Shown here: piece after piece, positions 1-5,951 of the stretch | Position numbering within the stretch: position 1 is the stretch's first letter | How the letters are laid out: the number at the start of each line of letters is the position of its first letter | NCBI GenBank assembly: GCA_046757525.1 | Contig: JBHHYI010000137.1 | Coordinates: 1 to 11,195, forward strand | Source of the DNA: a bacterium | GTDB lineage: Bacteria; Zhuqueibacterota; Zhuqueibacteria; Oceanimicrobiales; Oceanimicrobiaceae | DNA: 11,195 nt | Direction: 5' to 3' | Program-made: the position numbers and the translations under genes | The notes under the pieces: generated by a model | Seen by the model: only the letters and a program-made list of their open reading frames with translations | The model's database searches: none | What the model was told of the DNA's origin: nothing

Positions 1-1
1 G

Positions 2-1435
2 GAGAAGCTGCTGCCGCAGACTACCAGGATCGTCGGTTTTGCCCGCAGGGAAAAATCGCATGAGCAATTTCGCGATGAAATGCAAGAGGCGTTGATCAAG
101 TTTGCCCGCTCGAAGCCGGAAAAAAACTCAGCAAAATTGAAGGATTTTTTGGCCCGGCTTTATTACCATGCCGCAGACTACAATGCCCCGGAGGGTTTTG
201 TGGCTTTAAAGAATTTGCTGAAAAAAATGGACGAAGAAGCCGGCATCGCTCCAGGTACAGGAAACTGTCTGTTCTACCTCTCTACGCCTCCGAGCGTTTT
301 CTCCGTGGTTGTCAAGATGCTTGGTCAGGCTGCACTCATCTCAGATGCAGACAACAGAAATCGCTGGACCCGCGTAATCATCGAAAAACCTTTTGGACGT
401 GATTTGGAATCAGCAGAGAAGCTCAATCATGAGATCAAAAAGGTCCTGAGCGAGAGCCAGATTTATCGCATCGACCACTATTTGGGCAAGGAGACTGTGC
501 AGAATATCATGGCCTTTCGCTTTGGCAATAGCATTTTCGAGCCCCTCTGGAATCGTCGTTACGTCGACCACGTGCAGATCACGGTTGCCGAATCCGTGAC
601 CGTAGAGGGACGCGGCGGCTATTACGACCAGTCCGGGGCCATTCGCGACATGGTGCAGAACCACATGCTGCAACTGTTGGCGCTGGTGGCCATGGAGCCG
701 CCGGCCTCTTTTGCCCCCAATGCCGTCCGCGACGAAAAAGTGAAGGTGTTGTGTGCCTTGCGTCCCATCGGATTTGACGAGGTGGAAAAATGTACCTTGC
801 GCGGCCAATATGTTGCCGGAAAAATTGATGGCCGATCGATTACCGGTTATTTGGAAGAACCCGGGGTGAATCCCGACTCCAGCACCGAGACCTTTGTGGC
901 TCTAAAAGTGCACGTGGACAATTGGCGCTGGGCGGATGTGCCGTTCTATTTGCGCACCGGCAAAGCCTTGCCCAAAAGAATCACGGAATTAACCATCGAA
1001 TTTCGCCAGCCGCCGCTGGCGCTTTTCAGCCATGCCGACCATGACGCGCACGAAGAAGGAGACCGCATGCGGTCGAATTCCCTTTCTCTGCGCGTCCAGC
1101 CCAACGAGAGCATCCGTCTGAGTTTTGGGCTGAAAATTCCGGGACCCAGCATGATTCTACGGCCGACCGATATGGAGTTCTGCTACGGCGACGTCTTTCA
1201 GGCCGATCCACCCGAAGCCTACGAGCGGCTGATTTTGGATGCCATCTTAGGAGATAGCACCCTGTTTATCCGCCACGATGAAGTGGAGGCCGCCTGGACA
1301 TTCATCGATACTATATTGAAGCGGTGGGCTGCTGACCAATCCCCACACATCTACCCTTACCGCGCAGGCACCTGGGGACCGTACTCGGCCGACGAGTTCA
1401 TTGCTGCGGATGGCAGGAAATGGGCTAAGCTTTAG
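2..1435 (+). CDS. zwf: Glucose-6-phosphate 1-dehydrogenase (5'-partial; start lies upstream of the window)
   Basis: The frame is open from base 2 (EKLLPQTTRIVGFARREKSHEQFRDEMQ...), so ATG 80 is internal. G6PD motifs: GFARR (NADP-binding Arg), RVIIEKPFG, YRIDHYLGKETVQN, GYYDQSGAIRDMVQNH, RWADVPFYLRTGK, EAYERLILD, YRAGTWGP. Stop TAG ends at 1435. Confidence 0.98.
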   Translation, partial: EKLLPQTTRIVGFARREKSHEQFRDEMQEALIKFARSKPEKNSAKLKDFLARLYYHAADYNAPEGFVALKNLLKKMDEEAGIAPGTGNCLFYLSTPPSVFSVVVKMLGQAALISDADNRNRWTRVIIEKPFGRDLESAEKLNHEIKKVLSESQIYRIDHYLGKETVQNIMAFRFGNSIFEPLWNRRYVDHVQITVAESVTVEGRGGYYDQSGAIRDMVQNHMLQLLALVAMEPPASFAPNAVRDEKVKVLCALRPIGFDEVEKCTLRGQYVAGKIDGRSITGYLEEPGVNPDSSTETFVALKVHVDNWRWADVPFYLRTGKALPKRITELTIEFRQPPLALFSHADHDAHEEGDRMRSNSLSLRVQPNESIRLSFGLKIPGPSMILRPTDMEFCYGDVFQADPPEAYERLILDAILGDSTLFIRHDEVEAAWTFIDTILKRWAADQSPHIYPYRAGTWGPYSADEFIAADGRKWAKL

Positions 1436-1441
1436 GCAGGT

Positions 1442-1476
1442 GCGACCCGGGGTCAATCAACCGACCCGTACGTCGC
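1442..1476. terminator. Possible weak hairpin between the convergent zwf and anti-sigma stop codons
   Basis: GCGAC (1442-1446) pairs with GTCGC (1472-1476), with an inner GGGTC (1450-1454)/GACCC (1463-1467) stem. The stem is interrupted and there is no clear U-tract. Confidence 0.25.
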
Positions 1477-1997
1477 TATTTAAGAAACGGGCCGCCTTTG
1501 TGTTTCAGGGTGGTCATAAAACGATCGATGGCGCTCATGATGAGCATGGTGAGCACTGCGAAAGCGAACAGCGTGAAATCTAAGTCTAACGTCGACAAAT
1601 ACTCTTTGATCGCTGAAAACAGCCCTGAACTGAGGCGACCCTGGTCTGTAACAAGCATCGAAAAGGCCCCGAGAATGAGTTTGAAGTCGATGAAGTATAG
1701 CGACGTAAGAACTGCAGTCGCAAGTCCTAACGCGAAAAGGATGACAGTCCCAATCCTTGATTTCGTTACGTCTGGAGACTCTTGCTGAATTCTCGCCAAG
1801 ACGGCATGGGCAAACTCTTCCTTCAAACTGAATGGCACCTCGCGGTTTAAAGCTAAATACAGCTTTTGGTACTGTTCTACACCTTCCTTGCAGAGGCTGC
1901 AACTGTTGAGATGGTGCACCGCCGGCGAGTTTTGTTGGTCCATGTGTCCGTCTAAATATTCCTGGATCTCTGCATCGTTCAAATGTCTCAACCTCAT
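1476..1997 (-). CDS. Zinc-binding anti-sigma factor (ZAS / zf-HC2 type) with two predicted transmembrane helices
   Basis: N-terminal H5-x23-H29-x3-C33-x2-C36 (RH...YLDG...HLNSCSLC) matches the ZAS pattern. Two hydrophobic segments: IGTVILFALGLATAVLTSLYFI and FTLFAFAVLTMLIMSAI. The ATG overlaps the sigma stop (ATGA, 1994-1997), with AGGAGG at 2002-2007 on the minus strand. Confidence 0.9.
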   Translation of the reverse strand: MRLRHLNDAEIQEYLDGHMDQQNSPAVHHLNSCSLCKEGVEQYQKLYLALNREVPFSLKEEFAHAVLARIQQESPDVTKSRIGTVILFALGLATAVLTSLYFIDFKLILGAFSMLVTDQGRLSSGLFSAIKEYLSTLDLDFTLFAFAVLTMLIMSAIDRFMTTLKHKGGPFLK

Positions 1998-2569
1998 AAT
2001 ACCTCCTGGTCGTATTTTGCAAGGAGTCGTTCTCGTAACATTCTTCTTGCCCTGAACAGATAGCTCTTCACGGTGCCGTCCGGCAGTCCCATGATTTTGC
2101 CGATTTCAGCGTAACTCATCTCTTGTAAATGGTACAAAGTCAAAATGGTCTTGAATCGGACCGGCAGCTTTTGAATTTCTGCCTCAACGCGTGCGGTTAA
2201 GTCGTGCTGGACAACCGCCTCATCGGCCGGGGCGCCCTCGTTTGAAAAAGCTTCAATGGAGCGTCCTTCAGGCGAAAGGTCTGCGAAGAGGGGAACCTTT
2301 TTTTTCTTCAAATAATTGACGGCGGTATTATAAGCAATTCTGGCAATCCAGGTTGAAAGCTTGGCCTGGAATTGAAAACTTGCCAGATTCTGGTAAACTT
2401 TCATAAACACATCCTGGCAGAGATCTTCCACTTCGACTTTATTGGGAACCATTCGAAATATGATCTGACTGACCAGACGCTGGTAATCTTGGATGATGGC
2501 TTGAAACGCTTGGGTGTCCCCGCCGAGGATTCTCTGGATCAGGATTCTGCTGTCGGAGAAGCTATTCAT
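1994..2569 (-). CDS. RNA polymerase sigma-70 factor, ECF subfamily (RpoE/SigW-like)
   Basis: 191 aa. Region 2: GDTQAFQAIIQDYQ...EDLCQDVFMKVYQNLASFQFQAKLSTWIARIAYN. Region 4 HTH: LPVRFKTILTL...MSYAEIGKIMGLPDGTVKSYLFRAR. Adjacent to a ZAS anti-sigma gene. Confidence 0.96.
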   Translation of the reverse strand: MNSFSDSRILIQRILGGDTQAFQAIIQDYQRLVSQIIFRMVPNKVEVEDLCQDVFMKVYQNLASFQFQAKLSTWIARIAYNTAVNYLKKKKVPLFADLSPEGRSIEAFSNEGAPADEAVVQHDLTARVEAEIQKLPVRFKTILTLYHLQEMSYAEIGKIMGLPDGTVKSYLFRARRMLRERLLAKYDQEVL

Positions 2570-2579
2570 TATTATTAAT

Positions 2580-2605
2580 GACCGCTAAGCACAGAAAATG
2601 TTGCA
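2580..2605 (-). promoter_or_regulatory. Putative ECF-dependent (autoregulatory) promoter of the sigma/anti-sigma operon
   Basis: The minus strand reads TGCAAC-ATTTTCTGTGCTTAGC (16 nt)-GGTC-ATTAATAATA-ATG. This has the AAC (-35) and GTC (-10) cores typical of ECF promoters and is mirrored on the plus strand. Confidence 0.75.
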
Positions 2606-2627
2606 CAAAATGTTGTTTAGATTGGCC

Positions 2628-2653
2628 TGCAACATTTTGCAGCCACGATTGTC
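2628..2653 (+). promoter_or_regulatory. Putative ECF-dependent promoter of the divergent membrane-protein gene
   Basis: TGCAAC-ATTTTGCAGCCACGAT (16 nt)-TGTC. The first 11 bp (TGCAACATTTT) and the spacing are identical to the minus-strand promoter. Confidence 0.75.
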
Positions 2654-2690
2654 GGATGTAGCAAATGAACCTTAACAAGAGGAGATAACC

Positions 2691-3068
2691 ATGTCCGGAG
2701 ATTTAGTACCTATCATCATTGTGCCCGTCATATTTTTTTCCTTTGTAGCCCTGGTGAAAATTATTTCGGATAATGCGGTGCGGCGCAAATTAATCGAAAA
2801 GGGACTGGTTGACGAAAATGTCAAACATCTCTATGTGAATTCGCTGGAGCAACAGGTGCCAGCTTCCCTGAAATGGGGCATGGTGCTGGTTGCCATCGGG
2901 GCCGCTATTCTGATCGGTCAGATGTTTCCACGCTCGTTTTCCGATGAAGCTACCGTCAGCGGCATGTTCATCATGGCTGGCCTGGCGTTAATCGCCTATT
3001 ATTTTGTTGCCAGCAACATGGTGAGAAGGTCCCGGTCGAGAAATGCTGAAAAAAAATACTCCTCCTAA
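2691..3068 (+). CDS. Small integral membrane protein, DUF6249-like (3 predicted TM helices)
   Basis: SD-like AGAGGAG at 2678-2684. N-terminal TM helix, then RRKLIEKG, then SLKWGMVLVAIGAAILIG and a last helix GMFIMAGLALIAYYFV. This is the pattern I recall for DUF6249 proteins (recognised by eye, not searched). Confidence 0.8.
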   Translation: MSGDLVPIIIVPVIFFSFVALVKIISDNAVRRKLIEKGLVDENVKHLYVNSLEQQVPASLKWGMVLVAIGAAILIGQMFPRSFSDEATVSGMFIMAGLALIAYYFVASNMVRRSRSRNAEKKYSS

Positions 3069-3081
3069 ACGTCCCGGGGCT

Positions 3082-3098
3082 GCTTTTAGGAAACGCTC
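3082..3098 (+). repeat. Dispersed intergenic motif GCTTTTAGGAAACGCTC, copy 1 of 3
   Basis: Identical 17-mer at 11118-11134; the 13-mer core TTAGGAAACGCTC also occurs at 10854-10866. Confidence 0.85.
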
Positions 3099-3105
3099 TG
3101 TCGCA

Positions 3106-3129
3106 CGTAACGCAATCGTCTCGATTGCG
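3106..3129 (+). repeat. REP-like palindrome: CGTAA followed by an 8-bp stem (CGCAATCG-TCT-CGATTGCG)
   Basis: Perfect 8-bp inverted repeat preceded by GTAA; a related copy lies at 10746-10769. Confidence 0.7.
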
Positions 3130-3137
3130 CAGCCCAT

Positions 3138-3184
3138 TCTCCCGTTGAAGGGAGACAGATTTTCGCTTGTCCAGAGCGAAAATC
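3138..3184. repeat. Two adjacent hairpins downstream of the DUF6249-like gene (possible terminator or repeat element)
   Basis: TCTCCC-GTTGAA-GGGAGA (3138-3155) and GATTTTCGCT-TGTCCAG-AGCGAAAATC (3158-3184, perfect 10-bp stem). Confidence 0.55.
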
Positions 3185-3238
3185 AGAGGGATGTCTGGCC
3201 GCGCGAATCATGACTCGAGATTTCAGGACGCCTCATAA

Positions 3239-3298
3239 AATCCCCCTAATTTTTTCGCTGGACGCTTCAAGAACCGTCCCTTTTAAAAAAGGGGGATT
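3239..3298. repeat. AATCCCCCT...CCCTTTT-AAAAAA-GGGGGATT palindromic element
   Basis: AATCCCCCT (3239-3247) is the exact reverse complement of AGGGGGATT (3290-3298). CCCTTTT (3278-3284) offers an alternative inner pairing with the same A/G run. Confidence 0.55.
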
Positions 3299-3364
3299 CT
3301 TGGCAAGCACCATATAATCAAATATTTGTACCAAGACTCCAAACAAACCCTCGTTGAACCGGAG

Positions 3365-3412
3365 TGCAAAAATCAGCGCAGCGGAATCCGGCAGCCGCTG
3401 GATATTTTTGCA
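3365..3412. repeat. Long imperfect hairpin
   Basis: TGCAAAAAT (3365-3373)/ATTTTTGCA (3404-3412) encloses CAGCGG (3379-3384)/CCGCTG (3395-3400). Confidence 0.5.
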
Positions 3413-3527
3413 ACGAAACGGTGCTGTAAAAATACGTCCTGCGGACTGATTATTACACTCCACCTACGTTTCTTACGAATAAATAAAACAGCCCGCTGGT
3501 CGTCGGGTGCTGTTAGGCCTCGTTCTA

Positions 3528-3553
3528 AGTAACAAAGCGGCTTTCTTGTCGTA
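3528..3553 (+). promoter_or_regulatory. Candidate ECF-type promoter upstream of the repeat-domain protein
   Basis: AGTAAC-N16-CGTA has the same AAC-to-GT spacing as the two promoters at 2580-2653 and resembles the SigW-type TGAAAC-N16-CGTA consensus. It lies 70 bp upstream of ATG 3623. Confidence 0.4.
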
Positions 3554-3622
3554 CAAGGAATCAGTGGATGCCAGCATAAATCCAACCTTATCGATTTACA
3601 AGATCAATTCTTGGAGGTTTCT

Positions 3623-5368
3623 ATGAGATGTTTAGTCGGCTTGGGTTTGATTAGCCTGCTAATCCCTTGCTCAGCAGCCTTTTCTCAGGACGATATCCTG
3701 GCAGAGGTCCAGGACATTCCGACTGAAGAAATCAAATGGGAAGGGTTTAGACTGGACTCGGAGCAAGACATTCGGATAGAAGCCGTGGGCTTCAAAGGGC
3801 CACGGAGACATGAGTCCAGCTTCACCGATGCCTGGATTTTGGATTCCAGCACCAGAGAAGTTGTTTGGGAAATGGAAGATGCTGAAGTGAAAAACAGAAC
3901 CGGTTCACTCTCAGAAGTTGAGGAGGATTTGAGACTTGCCAGAGGCAGCTATGAGGTGTACTATTCCTCTTTTCCCGATCCCGGGCGCTGGAACCATGAC
4001 GGATTTGGCACTTTCATCGGCAAAATTTTCGATGAAATCTTTGACCATGAAGACTACGAAGACGTCTACGACGATTACAAGGGTGAATGGAAAGAGTTCA
4101 GAATCGTCGTGCACGGCAAGGGTAAGCGCTACCGAGAAGCAGCGTTTGACCAATTGCAGGATTCTTTTCGAAAGGACGCTTTTGTGTCCATGGCTGCGCT
4201 CGGCGACGATGAATATCTGCATCAAGGGTTTAAGTTAGAAAAGCCGGCGGAGATTCAGGTCTACGCCATCGGCGAGGCCAGGCGCGACGGCACCTTTGAC
4301 TATGGCTGGATTGTGAATGCCGAGACCCGAGAGAAAGTCTGGAGTTTTACCCATCGGCATTCGGAGCCCGCGGGCGGCAGCCTAAAGAATCGTGTGGTCA
4401 ACAAGGTGATTTCCCTGCCCGCCGGGGAATATGCCGCCTATTTTGTCACCGATGATTCCCATTCTTATCGTCGTTGGAACTCAGCTCCGCCCCATGATCC
4501 CATGTTCTGGGGACTTACTTTGAGAGTCGCAGATACTGCCATGAAACGTTATGTCAAATTATACGATATTGAAGATCTCCCGCAGAAGAACGTTATCGTC
4601 AAACTAACCAAGCTCCGGAATGATGCATTCAGGTCCAAGGGCTTTACGTTGAACAAGCCCATGGACTTGCGCATCTACGCGATCGGTGAAGGCAGAAACG
4701 GCGGAATGTTTGACTACGGCTGGATTGTGGATGCAAAGACTCACGAGAAAGTCTGGGAGATGGAGTACTACGACACAGAACACGCGGGCGGTGGCAAGAA
4801 GAATCGACTTTTCGACGGCGTGGTGCATTTCAACAAGGGCAGCTATTTTGTCTATTTTGTTACGGACGGATCGCATTCGTACCGGAATTGGAATACGACC
4901 CCTCCTTTTGACCAGAAAGGCTGGGGGATTACGGTCTTAGCGGCGAGTGAAAAATTCAACCCGGATGATGTTACCGAGTACCGCGAGGAGGAAGATGGTT
5001 CTGTGTTAGCAAAATTGGTCAGAGTTCGCAATCACGAATACGAGAAAGCAAACTTTACGCTGGGAAAAGACGGCAAGATCCGGATCTACGCCATTGGGGA
5101 AGGCATGGACGGAGAAATGTATGATTATGGCTGGATCGAAGACGCCAATACCGGCAGGACCGTCTGGGAAATGACCTATCGCAAAACCGAACATGCTGGC
5201 GGCGCCAGAAAGAACCGCCTGGTTGACGATATCATCCTGTTGCAGAGAGGAGATTACACGGTTTACTACGAATCCGATGACTCCCACGCTTTCAACCACT
5301 GGAACGATGACCCGCCGTACGACCCGGTCCATTGGGGAATAACGGTGTATCTGGCCCCAGAGAAGTGA
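3623..5368 (+). CDS. Secreted/periplasmic hypothetical protein (581 aa) with four tandem ~120-aa repeat domains
   Basis: GGAGG at 3613-3617 supports ATG 3623 over TTG 3611. Sec-type signal peptide MRCLVGLGLISLLIPCSAAFS/QD. Repeats at about 3689-4000 (degenerate), 4175-4531, 4589-4942 and 5000-5365 share F-x-L...YAIGE...DYGWI...VW...AGG-x2-KNR...G-x-Y...D-x-SH...WN-x2-PP-x-D...WG-[IL]-T. Confidence 0.92.
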   Translation: MRCLVGLGLISLLIPCSAAFSQDDILAEVQDIPTEEIKWEGFRLDSEQDIRIEAVGFKGPRRHESSFTDAWILDSSTREVVWEMEDAEVKNRTGSLSEVEEDLRLARGSYEVYYSSFPDPGRWNHDGFGTFIGKIFDEIFDHEDYEDVYDDYKGEWKEFRIVVHGKGKRYREAAFDQLQDSFRKDAFVSMAALGDDEYLHQGFKLEKPAEIQVYAIGEARRDGTFDYGWIVNAETREKVWSFTHRHSEPAGGSLKNRVVNKVISLPAGEYAAYFVTDDSHSYRRWNSAPPHDPMFWGLTLRVADTAMKRYVKLYDIEDLPQKNVIVKLTKLRNDAFRSKGFTLNKPMDLRIYAIGEGRNGGMFDYGWIVDAKTHEKVWEMEYYDTEHAGGGKKNRLFDGVVHFNKGSYFVYFVTDGSHSYRNWNTTPPFDQKGWGITVLAASEKFNPDDVTEYREEEDGSVLAKLVRVRNHEYEKANFTLGKDGKIRIYAIGEGMDGEMYDYGWIEDANTGRTVWEMTYRKTEHAGGARKNRLVDDIILLQRGDYTVYYESDDSHAFNHWNDDPPYDPVHWGITVYLAPEK

Positions 5369-5375
5369 AGCGGCT

Positions 5376-5386
5376 TACTCAGGACG
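5376..5386 (+). repeat. Half-copy of the repeat element at 10910-11018
   Basis: TACTCAGGACG is the exact reverse complement of CGTCCTGAGTA (10913-10923), and is preceded by GAAGCGG as in 10993-10999. Confidence 0.45.
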
Positions 5387-5471
5387 GTGCAAAGTGCAAA
5401 GCGGTCTATCGCTATTTCTTGCACACGTCATTTGGCAGTTTTCACAGGAATTGGCGCCTGGGGTGTTTGGT

Positions 5472-5816
5472 TTAAACAGAAGAGACCGCCTTTGCGGTTT
5501 TTTTTCGTCCCTTGGAAATGACCTTTTTGGATGGAGTCTTGTGGTTCGCCGATTCAATCACGCCCCGTCGCCCGCACGCGGGGCAGGGCTTGATGCCTGC
5601 GCCGTAACATTTGGTACACTGCTGGTAGCCTCCCAAAAAAGACCTTGTTCCCCCCTGGCATTCCTTACACCTCAGCATGCCGTAGCCTTCACAAATGGGA
5701 CAGCGTTGTCCGGCGTATTTTCTCCTAATCAGCGAGAGGTCCGGAGTCGTGGAAGGTTCCTTTGGAACCATGGTGTTGTCGACCCGGATTGTTTTGGCCT
5801 CGTAAAAACAGCTCAT
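5472..5816 (-). CDS. Small stand-alone DnaJ-type (CxxCxGxG) zinc-finger protein with basic C-terminal tail; start may be ATG 5771
   Basis: Four Cys pairs: CPICEGYG, CKECQGGT, CTKCYGAG, CPACGRRG. No J-domain (no HPD). Lys-rich tail KTPSKKVISKGRKKTAK. No clear SD for either start codon. Confidence 0.8.
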   Translation of the reverse strand: MSCFYEAKTIRVDNTMVPKEPSTTPDLSLIRRKYAGQRCPICEGYGMLRCKECQGGTRSFLGGYQQCTKCYGAGIKPCPACGRRGVIESANHKTPSKKVISKGRKKTAKAVSSV

Positions 5817-5833
5817 TTTTATGATTTGGTAAT

Positions 5834-5862
5834 AATCTAAAGGTATTGCTTCCCCTATTCAA
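5834..5862 (-). promoter_or_regulatory. Candidate sigma70 promoter for the zinc-finger gene
   Basis: Minus strand TTGAAT-N17-TAGATT (4/6 and 4/6 matches, optimal spacing), ending 18 bp upstream of ATG 5816. Confidence 0.4.
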
Positions 5863-5923
5863 CAGCAAGTAATGGCAAATAATTCCACTCCCGTGTCTGT
5901 TTGACCTATTTGAAGAACCCTCC

Positions 5924-5951
5924 TAAATATAAGCTCCAAATCAGCCGATAA
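5924..5951 (+). promoter_or_regulatory. Putative sigma28 (FliA/SigD)-type promoter of the hybrid kinase
   Basis: TAAA (5924-5927)-N16-GCCGATAA (5944-5951). The -10 octamer is a perfect match to the FliA consensus TAAA-N15-GCCGATAA, with the spacer one base longer. SD AGGTGA at 5986-5991. Confidence 0.65.

Noticed and set aside
80..82. ATG 80 as the zwf start
   Set aside because: The frame is open to the window edge and encodes the conserved GFARR motif upstream of this Met; the true start is outside the window.
1480..2022. 180-aa alternative-frame ORF on the minus strand, and plus-strand ORFs 1401-1583 and 1498-1788
   Set aside because: They overlap the well-supported anti-sigma gene and show no recognisable motifs; shadow ORFs.
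3409..3438. TGCAAC...CGTC as another ECF promoter
   Set aside because: The AAC-to-GTC spacing is 21 nt rather than 17, and TGCAAC is part of a hairpin arm.
3233..3585. Short ORFs 3233-3463 (-), 3326-3532 (+) and 3373-3585 (-)
   Set aside because: Mutually overlapping, no clear SD, no recognisable domains, and they run through palindromic repeats.
3611..3622. TTG 3611 start for the repeat protein (585 aa)
   Set aside because: The GGAGG SD lies inside this extension and is positioned for ATG 3623, which begins a clean signal peptide.
3623..3670. Lipoprotein signal (Cys16) in the repeat protein
   Set aside because: L-I-P-C has Pro at -1 and does not fit the lipobox; A-F-S/Q fits signal peptidase I better.
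4175..5365. DNA-level similarity blocks (e.g. TACGCCATCGGCGA, GACTATGGCTGGATT) as a nucleotide repeat system such as a DGR template/variable pair
   Set aside because: They are explained by the in-frame protein domain repeats; differences fall largely at synonymous positions rather than specifically at adenines, and no reverse transcriptase is present.
5394..5840. 148-aa plus-strand ORF
   Set aside because: Antisense to the zinc-finger ORF, which has a much stronger protein signature.
5901..5933. Sigma70 promoter with TTGACC as -35 for the kinase
   Set aside because: No TAnnnT hexamer at 16-18 bp spacing (TAAATA at 17, TATAAG at 21); the sigma28 match explains the region better.
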